From positions 130,776 to 194,775 of the forward strand of contig DATGYZ010000031.1 in NCBI GenBank assembly GCA_035297425.1: a DNA stretch of 64,000 nucleotides, in the 5' to 3' direction. The position numbers and the translations under genes are program-made. Shown here in pieces: positions 1 to 10,615 of the stretch; the stretch's first letter is position 1, and the number at the start of each line of letters is the position of its first letter. The notes under the pieces were generated by a model, which saw only the letters and a program-made list of their open reading frames with translations, had not been told where the DNA came from and did not search any database. Origin of the DNA: Bacteroidales bacterium. GTDB lineage: Bacteria > Bacteroidota > Bacteroidia > Bacteroidales > VadinHA17.

Positions 1-608
1 AATTTTCCATACTTGGTGTGTGGAAAATAGAGGAAGATATTGACACTCTTCAGAGCCTGGTGGTGCTCGATAATGATGAGAAGAAGAAGTTGAAAGGGTT
101 TAGCAGCAATTCACGCAAACTTGAGTTTCTTAGTGTGAGAGCACTTCTTGCAGAGCTTATCGGGAAGGATGCAAAAATCGTTTACAATAAGAATAATAAA
201 CCATTTCTTAAGGATGGTTCCAGGTTTATCAGCATAACTCATTCACACAAGCTCACTGCATTATTACTCAGTACCAATGAAAAGGTGGGAATAGATCTTG
301 AATATATGAGCACCAATATTGCTGCACTGGCTCTTAAATTCCTGAACCGTAAAGAAAAGGTGGCAAAAGAGCAGGAAGAAAAAAAGTACCATCTTTATAT
401 ACACTGGTGTGCGAAAGAAGCACTGTACAAGATCTGTGACAAAGAAGGAATAAGCATCAGGAAGAATCTTACCATTGAACCTTTTAAACTGGAAGAATCA
501 GGCCAGATTAAAGGCCGGGTTCATACAAAAAAATTGAATGAGACCTTTGACCTGCACTATTCCCGTTATGATAACTATGCAATTGTATGGACAAAAAAGA
601 AACTCTAA
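1..608 (+). CDS. 4'-phosphopantetheinyl transferase superfamily protein (5' end runs off the window)
   Basis: ORF 18..608. The frame stays open back to base 3 (FSILGVWKIEE). GIDLE metal-binding motif and HWCAKEALYK (W-x-x-KEA-x-x-K) motif of Sfp/AcpS-type PPTases. Confidence 0.7.
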   Translation, partial: FSILGVWKIEEDIDTLQSLVVLDNDEKKKLKGFSSNSRKLEFLSVRALLAELIGKDAKIVYNKNNKPFLKDGSRFISITHSHKLTALLLSTNEKVGIDLEYMSTNIAALALKFLNRKEKVAKEQEEKKYHLYIHWCAKEALYKICDKEGISIRKNLTIEPFKLEESGQIKGRVHTKKLNETFDLHYSRYDNYAIVWTKKKL

Positions 609-1336
609 AGCCACGACTTGTAAGAGGTGTGGGGGTTTTACTCGATCCTGATAAATTCACCGACAGCTCTCTTAAAACAATTCTACAGTCGGCCCATGAA
701 AGCAAAACAGACTACATACTCGTCGGTGGCAGTCTCTCCTCTGTTGGCATTGATATACTTATAGACAGGATAAAAGAGCAAAGCCAGATTCCTGTAATAC
801 TTTTCCCTGGCAACCTGTTGCAAATCAATGTTAAGGCAGATATTATTTTATTCCTGTCGCTCATATCCGGAAGAAATCCTGAATTCCTTATTGGCAACCA
901 TGTAATAGCAGCGCCATTCCTTAAAGATCATCGCCGCAAGATAGTACCGGTCGGTTATATACTGGTGAACTGCGGAACAAAAACGTCTGTTGAATACATG
1001 AGCCATACCGATGCAATTCCCTGCGATAAAACCGAAATAGTAGTTGCCACAGCCCTGGCAGGTGAAATGCTGGGTCTTAAGATGATATACCTCGAGGCGG
1101 GAAGCGGGTCAACGCATCATATTCCCCTGGATGTCATCAGTGCTGTCAGGCAGAATGTATCAATACCCATAATCGCCGGCGGAGGTATCAGGAATGAAGA
1201 AGAGGCTGAAGCCATCTTCAAAGCCGGAGCTGATATGATTGTGCTTGGTAACGGCTGCGAAAAAGACCCTGGATTACTGGCAAGGGTTTGTGCTGTAAGG
1301 GATAAGCTTGCAACAAAGAATGATCCGCTTACCTGA
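587..1336 (+). CDS. PcrB / geranylgeranylglyceryl-phosphate synthase family prenyltransferase
   Basis: LLDPDK N-terminal motif and the phosphate-binding C-terminus IIAGGGIRNEEEAEAIFKAGADMIVLGN, as in the GGGPS/PcrB TIM-barrel family. The start overlaps the upstream PPTase by 22 nt. Confidence 0.75.
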   Translation: MDKKETLKPRLVRGVGVLLDPDKFTDSSLKTILQSAHESKTDYILVGGSLSSVGIDILIDRIKEQSQIPVILFPGNLLQINVKADIILFLSLISGRNPEFLIGNHVIAAPFLKDHRRKIVPVGYILVNCGTKTSVEYMSHTDAIPCDKTEIVVATALAGEMLGLKMIYLEAGSGSTHHIPLDVISAVRQNVSIPIIAGGGIRNEEEAEAIFKAGADMIVLGNGCEKDPGLLARVCAVRDKLATKNDPLT

Positions 1337-1342
1337 ATCTTT

Positions 1343-3010
1343 CTACCTGAACAACTCCGTCATTGGTTCACCCGTACATGCATTCGGAAAAGGTATCCTG
1401 CATAATGATGAAAGGGTTGCAGCTATATCAGTCATGTTTACACCACGGGTCACAGTTGCCCTGTTAACGGTCCATCCATACCAGATCAGAGGAACATGTG
1501 AATCATACTCATATGGGGAGTTATGATTGGTGACAAAATCACCATCCTTCTCAACCCACCCAGGATTAAGAACCACTATAATATCACCAGAACGCTGGGG
1601 ACTGAAGTTGTTGATTATCCGTTTAAGATTCCCGTTATTAAAATCGTTTGCTTCAAAGGCTGAATAAGGATATGCTGCTGCCACTCCATTGAACTGCACC
1701 AGAAACCTTGCCACTTTCTTCTGAACTTCATCAAGAGAAAGCCTTGCATCTTCGATAAGAGTCCTGTTCAGAAAAATCTGTTTTTCAGAATACCCCTTTA
1801 CCCAGTCGCCTTCACCGTAAACAGCATTCAGATAGCTTCTCAGGAGCTGAAGGGCCTGATTCTGGAGGAAGTATCCTGACGGAATCCTGCTTGCTTTTAA
1901 AAGATCAGGTATCTCAGAAATGCCATGAGAAGAAGTAAAATAGACAAGTATGTTCTTCTTGCCAATACTGTCATTGAGGTATTTCAGCAACTTGCTAATA
2001 TCATCATCGAGCCTGAAAAAAGCATCTGCCATCTCTACAGAAGAGGGTCCGAACCTGTGACCAATATTATCAGTTGACGAGTAGCATATGGAAATAAAAT
2101 CAGTAATATCATCCTTCCCGAGCTTTTCATGTTTTATAAGCTCAAGCGCAAATTCAGAAGTAAGTGTATTGGAATAAGGTGTTTCACGGATCAGCGAAAA
2201 ATCCTTTTTGGTACCGGCACCCCACCTGGCTCTGATCTTCTTCAGATCGTAAGGAAAATAATTCTGCCCGTCTATTCCATACTCGAACTTGTTTGAATCA
2301 GGCAGACAGTCGGAATAGTTTGATACCGGACGAACCCTGTCCCACGAGCCACCAAGGTATGTCTCAGCATACTTCATTGAGTTAAAACTCTCCACCCAGG
2401 AAGGAAGAGCGCTGATGTAGTATGTTGATGTCATCCAGGTTCCTGTAGTATTGTCAAACCAGTAAGCAGCATTGGCTGAATGCCCGGCTGTGAGTATTGC
2501 TGAGTGCTGGTTCATTCCAACAGAAAAAACTTTTGATCGGCTTTTTGAAGCCATTACAAGTTCATCTGAAAATGTAGATGCCTGGAGATTTGCAGGTGAA
2601 TGAAGCCCCGATTCAAAGCTTCCGCCCACAGGGTTAACGCTCATATCGCGAGTGCTGTTTATGAGCTCATTCCGCAATGGAACATACCATGAATCTGAAG
2701 TTATACCGTGCGAAGCCGGTTCTGCACCTGTCGAAATTGTAGCATGACCAGGGGAAGATTGGGTAAGCATATAATCGAAGGAAGCATTCTTGAAGTATGT
2801 TCCCTCATTTATTAGCGTCCTGATGCCTCCCTCACCCAGCTTATCTCTTAATGTCTCAAGCTGATCATATTTGAGTTGCTCAACGACAATACCCACAACA
2901 AGCCTTGGCCTGTCAGGAGGTATGTATGCACCCTGAGAAAAAGCCTTTACAAAACCTGATAATATGCCAACTGTCAGCAGAACAATCCCTGATTTAATAA
3001 TTCTCTCCAT
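1343..3010 (-). CDS. alkaline phosphatase / nucleotide pyrophosphatase superfamily enzyme (PafA-like), secreted
   Basis: Signal peptide. The motif TQSSPGHATISTGAEPASHGI (Thr nucleophile plus metal ligands) is typical of the AlkP/NPP superfamily. Size is ~555 aa, as in Bacteroidota PafA-type phosphatases. Confidence 0.65.
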   Translation of the reverse strand: MERIIKSGIVLLTVGILSGFVKAFSQGAYIPPDRPRLVVGIVVEQLKYDQLETLRDKLGEGGIRTLINEGTYFKNASFDYMLTQSSPGHATISTGAEPASHGITSDSWYVPLRNELINSTRDMSVNPVGGSFESGLHSPANLQASTFSDELVMASKSRSKVFSVGMNQHSAILTAGHSANAAYWFDNTTGTWMTSTYYISALPSWVESFNSMKYAETYLGGSWDRVRPVSNYSDCLPDSNKFEYGIDGQNYFPYDLKKIRARWGAGTKKDFSLIRETPYSNTLTSEFALELIKHEKLGKDDITDFISICYSSTDNIGHRFGPSSVEMADAFFRLDDDISKLLKYLNDSIGKKNILVYFTSSHGISEIPDLLKASRIPSGYFLQNQALQLLRSYLNAVYGEGDWVKGYSEKQIFLNRTLIEDARLSLDEVQKKVARFLVQFNGVAAAYPYSAFEANDFNNGNLKRIINNFSPQRSGDIIVVLNPGWVEKDGDFVTNHNSPYEYDSHVPLIWYGWTVNRATVTRGVNMTDIAATLSSLCRIPFPNACTGEPMTELFR

Positions 3011-3089
3011 AACTTATTTTCAACCCCTGAATATTAATATAACGATACTTCCGCTGCAGAATTGCAGCGGCTAAAAATAACATTTTTAC

Positions 3090-4838
3090 TCATCTCATTA
3101 CAGGCCTTGCAATAACAAATTTACCTGAGTCTGAAATTCCCGTAAGATTTCTAAAAACTATGGTGTACATGCCGCCTGCAAGTCCAGAAACATTTATATA
3201 CAGAGGATTGTTCTCGCCGGAAACAACATCATCATAATTAACAACAAGAGTTCCGGAAGTATTATAAATTTTAATATTTACCTTACCTGTCATTTCTCTT
3301 TTGAGTATTGCCCTGAGAGTAACAGTCACAGGGTTTGGAAAGAGAAGGGGAAATTCAATATTCCGGACCTCCCTCTTCATTGCAATATTCAACATTGTTT
3401 TTTCGTAATCAGTAACAGCAACATCCGAAACAATTGTATCGCGGTAACCCATGGCAGAAAATTTCAGATTATACATTCCATTTTCAATTAGCCTTGTATA
3501 AGCACCATAGATTGTATCTGAATATACATGTGAGCTGTCATGATCATGGCCGGGGATGAATATCCTGGCTTCAACTGGCATTGATGTTGCGGCATCTGTA
3601 ATGTTTCCTTTAATGCCATACATTGCTCCTTCAAGATAACCCAGAAGCGATCTGTAATTATACTCCCAGATTAACGGCAGCTCTACAGGCGGCGTTACAT
3701 ATGGAGGATTCCGGAGATCATCAAGCTCAATTGTTATTTCCCGTCCCTGCAGCTCCCAGGTAACATAATCCTGGCGACCTCCACGCACAGGATACCAGTC
3801 CACACCTCTTGTAATACCATTGTCAAAACCGTATTCAGCACCGTTCATATAACCTTGGGGGCTGTACCTGTGAACCATGTCTGCATAATTTCTGCTTACT
3901 TCATAGAACCAGTTATCATCTGCATGGAGACTGCCCCGGAATTTAAATGACCTGTACTGGTAAATATCCCATGGATAATTCACTACCTCCCTTCCTGAAT
4001 GGAAATTTGCAGAAAGTACAAACCTGTGCTTCCTGAGAAATTTGACCATTTCAACTGTTTCTTTCTGCATTATGTTATCCTGGCCATATGGTTGTGAGGG
4101 ATCAGGAAAATTCCTGTTCAGATCATAACCTGTACTATTGAACCGAACGGGGTTTGTAATAATACTGCCAGACCTGTAAGCGCCATCAGGATTTGCAAGG
4201 GGGTTTATCCATATCTCCAGCTCATTGGCAAGCTGCCTGATATTCTGGTTCGTTCCATAATTGGATAGGATATAATCAGCCAGCCTAAGCATTAAAATAA
4301 ACCCGGCAGTTTCATCACCATGCATTGTCGATGAATAAAAAACCTCGGGCTCATCTTCATCGGCCGAAACATTATCGGATATTTTAATTGCAAGAATTAA
4401 TTTACCATTTATACTGGTGCCGATCGTATCTATTTGGCAAATAGCCGGATAATCTGATTTAAGTTTTTCAAGCATTGCAAGATACTGGTCGTATGAAGGG
4501 TATGAATCCCATGCATTGACCCCTGAAATGGATTTAGCAGTTATATCCTGACTTAAAATCCTTCTCTCTATAATCCTGTAGTTGAATTTCTGTTTGATGA
4601 ACCAGCCTGATGTCACGGGAGAAAGCCTTATGAAGATTGAGTCTCTTCTGACTTTCGATATAGATACATTTTCAGCGATCCGTGAAAAAATAAGATCATT
4701 AGTATATGGAACTGCAACCTCGGCCTCACCGTCCCGGGCTATTGACTTAATAAGAACTTCATCGGAACTTACATCCTGTGCCTGGCAACTTAATGCCACT
4801 ATGACTGAGAACATCAATATCAGCACAGTATGTTTCAT
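3090..4838 (-). CDS. M14-family zinc carboxypeptidase with T9SS type A C-terminal sorting domain
   Basis: Signal peptide. HGDETAG, NPDG and NRNF motifs of M14 peptidases. The last ~80 aa (FPNPVT...IKIYNTSG...GGMYTIVF) fit the Por/T9SS type A sorting domain. Confidence 0.8.
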   Translation of the reverse strand: MKHTVLILMFSVIVALSCQAQDVSSDEVLIKSIARDGEAEVAVPYTNDLIFSRIAENVSISKVRRDSIFIRLSPVTSGWFIKQKFNYRIIERRILSQDITAKSISGVNAWDSYPSYDQYLAMLEKLKSDYPAICQIDTIGTSINGKLILAIKISDNVSADEDEPEVFYSSTMHGDETAGFILMLRLADYILSNYGTNQNIRQLANELEIWINPLANPDGAYRSGSIITNPVRFNSTGYDLNRNFPDPSQPYGQDNIMQKETVEMVKFLRKHRFVLSANFHSGREVVNYPWDIYQYRSFKFRGSLHADDNWFYEVSRNYADMVHRYSPQGYMNGAEYGFDNGITRGVDWYPVRGGRQDYVTWELQGREITIELDDLRNPPYVTPPVELPLIWEYNYRSLLGYLEGAMYGIKGNITDAATSMPVEARIFIPGHDHDSSHVYSDTIYGAYTRLIENGMYNLKFSAMGYRDTIVSDVAVTDYEKTMLNIAMKREVRNIEFPLLFPNPVTVTLRAILKREMTGKVNIKIYNTSGTLVVNYDDVVSGENNPLYINVSGLAGGMYTIVFRNLTGISDSGKFVIARPVMR

Positions 4839-4844
4839 GTGGCA

Positions 4845-5939
4845 TCACACATTAAACCTGATGTGCAGTATATCCCCATCCTCAACTATATAATTCTTCC
4901 CTTCAATAAAAAACTTACCGGCCTCCTTACACGCATGTTCAGAGCCATATTTAACAAAATCAGGATATTTCATTACCTCGGCCCTGATAAAACCTCGTTC
5001 AAGATCAGAATGGATAACACCTGCCGCTTTGGGGGCATTCATTCCTTTCTTGATGGTCCAGGCTCTTATTTCCATAGGTCCGACAGTAAAGAAGGTCTGC
5101 AGGTTGAGCATCTTGTAAGCTGCACGTACCAGCTTGTCCACGCCTGGTTCTTCAAGACCGGCATCTTTCAGGAAGGCTGGCCTGTCATCGGGATCAAGCT
5201 CGGCTATCTCAGCCTCAACAGCGCCGGCAATGACAAGTATTACAGCATCTTTATCCTTCAGGAATTCTTTAACTCTCTCAACGTGCCTGTTACCTTTAAC
5301 TGCAGATTCTGTATCTACGTTGCATACGAACATAACAGGTTTCATTGTAAGCAGGAACAGGTCATCGATATATCTCCTGTCATCTTCCTTAACTTCGAGA
5401 GTTCTTGCATTACCAAAATTTTCCAGGTGCTCACGGTAAAGATTAAGTACTTCAATCCCGTGTTTAGCATCCTTATCGCCTGCCTTCACTGCTCTTCCGA
5501 GACGCTCAATCTTCTTTTCAACAGATTCAAGATCCTTAACCTGAAGCTCAAGATCAACAGTTTCAAGATCCCTTACCGGATCAACGGAACCATCTATATG
5601 AGGAAGATTCTCATCATCAAAGCATCTGAGAACATGAATTAGTGCGTCAGTATTACGGATGTCTGCAAGGAACTTGTTTCCAACGCCTTCGCCTTTGTTT
5701 GAACCTTTTGCGAGTCCCGGTATATCGACAATTTCAACTGTTGTATGAACTATCCTGTCAGTTGTCTGGTACTTCTCCATCTCATAAAGCCTGGGATCAG
5801 GAACCTGTACAACCCCTATGTTAGACTTGGTGGCGCTGAAAGCGAATGCATTTGTTTCGCCCTTTGTATTTGAAATACAGTTGAAAATTGTTGTCTTTCC
5901 GACGTTGGTAATACCTATAATACCGCATTGAAGTGCCAT
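4845..5939 (-). CDS. ychF: ribosome-binding / redox-regulated ATPase YchF
   Basis: P-loop GIIGITNVGKTTIFN. Full-length YchF/OLA1 architecture with a conserved C-terminal TGS-like end (DGDILHIRFNV). Confidence 0.9.
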   Translation of the reverse strand: MALQCGIIGITNVGKTTIFNCISNTKGETNAFAFSATKSNIGVVQVPDPRLYEMEKYQTTDRIVHTTVEIVDIPGLAKGSNKGEGVGNKFLADIRNTDALIHVLRCFDDENLPHIDGSVDPVRDLETVDLELQVKDLESVEKKIERLGRAVKAGDKDAKHGIEVLNLYREHLENFGNARTLEVKEDDRRYIDDLFLLTMKPVMFVCNVDTESAVKGNRHVERVKEFLKDKDAVILVIAGAVEAEIAELDPDDRPAFLKDAGLEEPGVDKLVRAAYKMLNLQTFFTVGPMEIRAWTIKKGMNAPKAAGVIHSDLERGFIRAEVMKYPDFVKYGSEHACKEAGKFFIEGKNYIVEDGDILHIRFNV

Positions 5940-6103
5940 CTGTAAGGAATATTTTAAGGTGCAAAAATACCATAATTAGGGAGATATTCCAATTTGGACT
6001 TTCCGGTAAAAGCAGCAGCAACAAATTAGCCGTTCTTAAATATTCATTTTTATCTTTAAACCTTTGCTTTTAAGTTTCATCAAAAAGAAAATCCAGAAAA
6101 CGT

Positions 6104-6643
6104 TTGGTATTACCAGCAAACGATATAAATGCATTACTCAAATATGATCCTGAAAAAGGTTTCAGAATGCTTGTTGAGAGCTACAGTCAAAAGCTGTACT
6201 GGCACATCAGGAGGATAGTCATTATCCATGAGGATGCTGACGATGCACTTCAGAATACTTTTATAAATGCATGGAAAGGTCTTTCTGAGTTCAGGAAAGA
6301 GAGCTCGGTTTATACCTGGCTTTATACAATTGCAACTAACGAAGCTCTGGCAATAATAAACAAAAGAAAGCGAAATCCTGTACTTGCTGTTGATGACCTC
6401 GGGTCTTTATTTGCAAACACACGCGAGGGCAGCACCTGGTTTGACGGTGATGAAGCACAGACAAAGCTCCAGAATGCCCTGCTGCAATTGCCCGAAAAGC
6501 AAAGGATCGTATTTAACCTGCGGTATTTTGATGAGATGCCATATGAAGATATGAGCAGGGTACTGGGCACTTCAGAAGGAGCTTTGAAAGCTTCATATCA
6601 TCATGCTGTAAAAAAAATAGAAAAAATACTCGGTTGTGATTAA
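6104..6643 (+). CDS. ECF-type RNA polymerase sigma-70 factor
   Basis: Region 2 (DDALQNTFINAWK, VYTWLYTIATNEAL) and region 4 HTH (MPYEDMSRVLGTSEGALKASYHHAVKKI). The ORF-track start is non-ATG, so the 5' end is uncertain. Confidence 0.85.
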   Translation: MVLPANDINALLKYDPEKGFRMLVESYSQKLYWHIRRIVIIHEDADDALQNTFINAWKGLSEFRKESSVYTWLYTIATNEALAIINKRKRNPVLAVDDLGSLFANTREGSTWFDGDEAQTKLQNALLQLPEKQRIVFNLRYFDEMPYEDMSRVLGTSEGALKASYHHAVKKIEKILGCD

Positions 6644-6672
6644 ACTTTTAACCGTAATCCTTATCTCAGAAT

Positions 6673-7089
6673 TTGATGGAAAACAATTCTAACATACCAA
6701 AGAATAATCCCTTCAGAGTACCCGACGACTACTTTGAAAATTTTAATGATAAAATAATTCAACTGACTGCCGGGAAAAGAGAAATTTCATCTTTCCGCAA
6801 CAAAAGATACACTTTTTTCTTATCAGCCGCTGCTTCCCTGGCTGTGCTTGTAATAGCAGCATATTTTGCCACAAGGATCTTTCCGCCCAAAGATCCTGCT
6901 GAAAAATTTGCCAGTCAGGCTATTCCTGTCAATGAATTTATATTAGACGAACTCGATATTCTTACAATTGAGGAAAGTACATCTGTAAGCGGAATTATGG
7001 ATGAATTACCTGATATCGAAAGCAGTGAAATAATTGATTACCTCATCCGGGAAGATGTTGATATAGCTTTGATCTATGAACAATTATAA
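6673..7089 (+). CDS. putative anti-sigma factor (single-pass membrane protein)
   Basis: Lies directly downstream of the ECF sigma gene and has one central TM helix (FFLSAAASLAVLVIAAYFA). The assignment rests on position and topology only. Confidence 0.4.
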   Translation: MMENNSNIPKNNPFRVPDDYFENFNDKIIQLTAGKREISSFRNKRYTFFLSAAASLAVLVIAAYFATRIFPPKDPAEKFASQAIPVNEFILDELDILTIEESTSVSGIMDELPDIESSEIIDYLIREDVDIALIYEQL

Positions 7090-7098
7090 CTTTATGTA

Positions 7099-7566
7099 AT
7101 GAAAAAATTACTATTAGCACTAGCGATCACAATAGTGACATCATTAAGCCTCTTTGCTCAAAATCCGAACCAGGAGAGGCTGAATGCATACAAGATCGGA
7201 TTCTTTACAAAAAGACTCGAACTGACTTCATCCGAAGCTGAAAAGTTCTGGCCGCTTTATAACGATTACCAGGCACAGAAAATCCAGGTACAAACAGAAA
7301 GACTTGGTCTTATGAGGACTTTTAACCAGGCTGGCAGCACAATGTCTGATGAAGAGCTGGCAACTCTGGGGGATAAGCTTGTTGGGACTGCTGTAAAGGA
7401 GACTGAACTTGCAGTTGCCTATCACGCGAAGCTCAAAAAGCTTCTTCCTCCTGAGAAAGTCATCAGGTATTACCAGGCCGAAAACCAGTATAAGACGCAA
7501 TTGTTGAATGAGTTACAGAACAGACCAGGAAACAGGCCTGCCAGGGAGATTGTTGATCCTTTTTAA
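7099..7566 (+). CDS. periplasmic Spy/CpxP-like helical protein
   Basis: Signal peptide. Helical repeats with the LTSSEAEKFWPLYNDY motif. Third gene of the ECF module. Confidence 0.4.
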   Translation: MKKLLLALAITIVTSLSLFAQNPNQERLNAYKIGFFTKRLELTSSEAEKFWPLYNDYQAQKIQVQTERLGLMRTFNQAGSTMSDEELATLGDKLVGTAVKETELAVAYHAKLKKLLPPEKVIRYYQAENQYKTQLLNELQNRPGNRPAREIVDPF

Positions 7567-7606
7567 TAATATCTTTGTTTTAAATTGCCTGCAGGAATGG
7601 CTTGGT

Positions 7607-9112
7607 TCATCCTGCACCAAATAACCTTCTGAAGTTCCGCACAAAGGATGTGGCTTTTGCTATCTCGCCATACATTACTTTATCATCTGTAATAAAAGGC
7701 ACTTCCTTGCGGAATTCAGAAACAACATTCTCAATAAAATCAGAAGATCTGAGCGGCCTCCTGAACTCAAGAGCCTGTATTGCAGTGAACAGTTCAATAG
7801 CAATGATCCTCTCAACATTTTCTGCCACCCTGAGCAGCCTTGTTGCCCCGTTTGCACCCATACTTACATGATCTTCCTGTTCATTTGATGAAGGAATCGA
7901 ATCGACCGAAGTGGGTGTACAAAGCTGCTTATTCTGGCTTACAATGGAAGCAGAAGTGTATTGTGGTATCATGAAACCGCTGTTAAGCCCCGGGTTGGCA
8001 ACAAGGAACTCAGGCAAACCTCTCTGCCCTGCAATAAGCCTGTAAACCCTTCTTTCAGAAATTGATCCCAATTCCGCCAGTGCAATCGAAAGGTAGTCGA
8101 ATACAAGGGCAAGCGGCTGACCATGAAAATTTCCCCCTGAGACAATTAGATCCTCATCGGGGAATATTGTTGGATTATCGGTAACAGCATTTATTTCTGT
8201 CCTTATTACCGTGCCTGAATAACTTATAACATCCTTGCTTGCGCCATGTACCTGGGGAATGCACCTGAATGAATAAGGATCCTGGACATGAGCCTTTGTT
8301 CTTGAGATGATCTGGCTTCCTTCGAGCATCTTACGGAAAATCCTGGCAGTTATAATCTGACCATTGTGCTTTCTTATTGCATGAATACTTTCAAAGAAAG
8401 AATCAGGCCTGCCGTCATAAGCTTCAAGGGAGATCGCAGCAGCAACATCAGATACAGGTGAGAGATTCTCGGCAATATCCATTGCATAAACACCATATGC
8501 TCCCATAAACTGTGTCCCGTTCAGCAGTGCCAGTCCTTCTTTCGATTTCAACAGCAACGGTTTCCATCCGAATTTTTGGAGAATTTCAGCAGAGCCGTAT
8601 CTCTTTCCTTTCCAGAACACTTCTCCCATTCCTATCAGCGGCAATACAAGGTGCGCGAGAGGTGCGAGGTCTCCCGAAGCTCCAAGTGATCCCTGCTCAT
8701 AAATGACCGGCGTTACTCCTTCATTAAAAAAATCAATCAGCCTCTGAACAGTATCCACCTGAACACCCGACATGCCAAGGCTTAATGCATGTATCTTAAG
8801 AAGCAGCATTATCCTCACAATTTCTTCCCTGACAATGTCACCGGTACCACATGCATGCGACATTACAAGGTTCTCCTGGAGCTTGTTAAGCTGATCGCTG
8901 CTAATAATGCGGTTGTGAAGTGAACCAAACCCTGTCGTTATACCATACAGCGGAGTGGTTGTATTTTCGAGCTTCTGGTCAAGATAGTCTCTGCACTTTT
9001 TAATCAGTGAAACTGATTCGTCAGATAAAGACAACTTCCCGCCATCACGTATAATGGAGATTACTGTTTCGAGAGACATGTCTCCCGGTGTGATTTTATA
9101 GTTCATTTGCAA
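7607..9112 (-). CDS. hutH: histidine ammonia-lyase
   Basis: MIO-forming Ala-Ser-Gly in GSLGASGDLAPLAHL. Ser-His selectivity pair (VMSHACG) as in HAL rather than PAL/TAL. Length 501 aa. Confidence 0.9.
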   Translation of the reverse strand: MQMNYKITPGDMSLETVISIIRDGGKLSLSDESVSLIKKCRDYLDQKLENTTTPLYGITTGFGSLHNRIISSDQLNKLQENLVMSHACGTGDIVREEIVRIMLLLKIHALSLGMSGVQVDTVQRLIDFFNEGVTPVIYEQGSLGASGDLAPLAHLVLPLIGMGEVFWKGKRYGSAEILQKFGWKPLLLKSKEGLALLNGTQFMGAYGVYAMDIAENLSPVSDVAAAISLEAYDGRPDSFFESIHAIRKHNGQIITARIFRKMLEGSQIISRTKAHVQDPYSFRCIPQVHGASKDVISYSGTVIRTEINAVTDNPTIFPDEDLIVSGGNFHGQPLALVFDYLSIALAELGSISERRVYRLIAGQRGLPEFLVANPGLNSGFMIPQYTSASIVSQNKQLCTPTSVDSIPSSNEQEDHVSMGANGATRLLRVAENVERIIAIELFTAIQALEFRRPLRSSDFIENVVSEFRKEVPFITDDKVMYGEIAKATSFVRNFRRLFGAG

Positions 9113-9119
9113 CAGGATT

Positions 9120-10514
9120 CTAATGAATACCGCCGGTCTCGTAGTTCTTCCTTATCACAGTACTGACAAAAGTTTCCAGGTCATTAATCGACACTTTCCT
9201 TTGTTCCCCGGTTTCCATTATTTTGATTGTCAGTAAATTCTCCTTTATCTCGTCAGCACCGGCCATGAAAATGTATGGTATGCTTTTATTATCGGCATAA
9301 GAAAGCTGCTTCTTCACCTTAGCCGGATCAGGGTAGAATTCCGACCTTACACCAAGCTTCCTCAGGGTATCTGCAACATTTAAAGCATATTTAGTTTCGC
9401 CGGGTCCAAAATTAACAATAAGAACTTCGCTCGAGCCCAGTCCTTTCTGGCCGAAAAGGTTTAGCTGTGTCATGACATCATAAATACGGTCTGCCCCGAA
9501 AGATATTCCCACTCCCGATACTCCCGGCATCCCGAATACCCCGGTAAGATTATCATACCTGCCACCACCGCAGATGCTGCCGATACTGACATCCTTCGCT
9601 TTCACTTCTATAATTGCACCGGTATAATAATTCAATCCCCTGGCAAGTGTAAGATCAAGCTCTATGTTTTCACTTTTATAACCGATATAGCTGAACAGGG
9701 TGCTCAGTTCTTCAATTCCTTTCTGCCCGGTTTCAGAAGCTGAAAGAAGTTCGCCAAGCATGGCAAGCTTTTCATGTGTGCTGCCCTGCAACTTCAGGAA
9801 TGGATGGATCCTCATGAGGCACTCCTCAGAAAGACCTTTGTCTCTTAGCTCAGCATCCACGGCTTCCAACCCTATCTTTTCGATTTTGTCAATTGCAACA
9901 GTAATATCAGTTATTTTTTCAGGTATACCGGCATACTCTGCCATCCCGGCAAGAATTTTCCTGTTATTCAGTTTAATAACTATATTAACATGCAGCCTTT
10001 CAAAAATTTCTGATACTATCCTGATCAGCTCATATTCATTCAGCAGCGAGTCGCTGCCTATAACATCGGCATCACACTGGAAGAACTCCCGGTACCTTCC
10101 TTTCTGGGGTCTGTCAGCCCTCCACACAGGTTGAATCTGGTATCTTTTAAAAGGAAATGTTATTTCATCCCTGTGCTGCACCACATACCTGGCAAAAGGA
10201 ACCGTAAGATCGTATCTCAGACCTTTCTCAGCAATTGCTGAAGAGATACTTCCAATATGCCTTTCCGAAAGATCTTCATCTTTAACATCCGAAAGAAAAT
10301 CACCGGAGTTAAGGATCCTGAATAAAAGCTTGTCACCTTCATCACCATATTTTCCAAGCAAAGTTGAAAGATTCTCCATTGCAGGAGTTTCAATCGGCTG
10401 ATACCCATATAACCTGAAAACACTTTTGATTGTATCAAAAATATAATCACGTTTCATCATCTCGCTGCTTGAAAAATCCCTGGTTCCTTTGGGAATAGAA
10501 GGTTTTGTTGCCAT
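9120..10514 (-). CDS. hisS: histidine--tRNA ligase
   Basis: Class II aaRS motifs, HisRS signatures [12 protein letters not shown] and CGGGRYDNL, and a C-terminal anticodon-binding domain. Confidence 0.95.
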   Translation of the reverse strand: MATKPSIPKGTRDFSSSEMMKRDYIFDTIKSVFRLYGYQPIETPAMENLSTLLGKYGDEGDKLLFRILNSGDFLSDVKDEDLSERHIGSISSAIAEKGLRYDLTVPFARYVVQHRDEITFPFKRYQIQPVWRADRPQKGRYREFFQCDADVIGSDSLLNEYELIRIVSEIFERLHVNIVIKLNNRKILAGMAEYAGIPEKITDITVAIDKIEKIGLEAVDAELRDKGLSEECLMRIHPFLKLQGSTHEKLAMLGELLSASETGQKGIEELSTLFSYIGYKSENIELDLTLARGLNYYTGAIIEVKAKDVSIGSICGGGRYDNLTGVFGMPGVSGVGISFGADRIYDVMTQLNLFGQKGLGSSEVLIVNFGPGETKYALNVADTLRKLGVRSEFYPDPAKVKKQLSYADNKSIPYIFMAGADEIKENLLTIKIMETGEQRKVSINDLETFVSTVIRKNYETGGIH

Positions 10515-10615
10515 ACCTGAATTAAGTAAAAAGCAAAAATAAGACTATTATGCCGAAAGGAAAAGCAAAACCGCAGAAGTTACGGCCAATTATGAACGTT
10601 CTTTCAGTGTAATTA

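Noticed and set aside
4830-5642. 270-aa plus-strand ORF antisense to ychF
   Set aside because: It lies entirely inside a well-conserved YchF gene on the other strand. Its translation is rich in F/I/N/K/C with no motif. This is a typical shadow ORF in AT-rich DNA.
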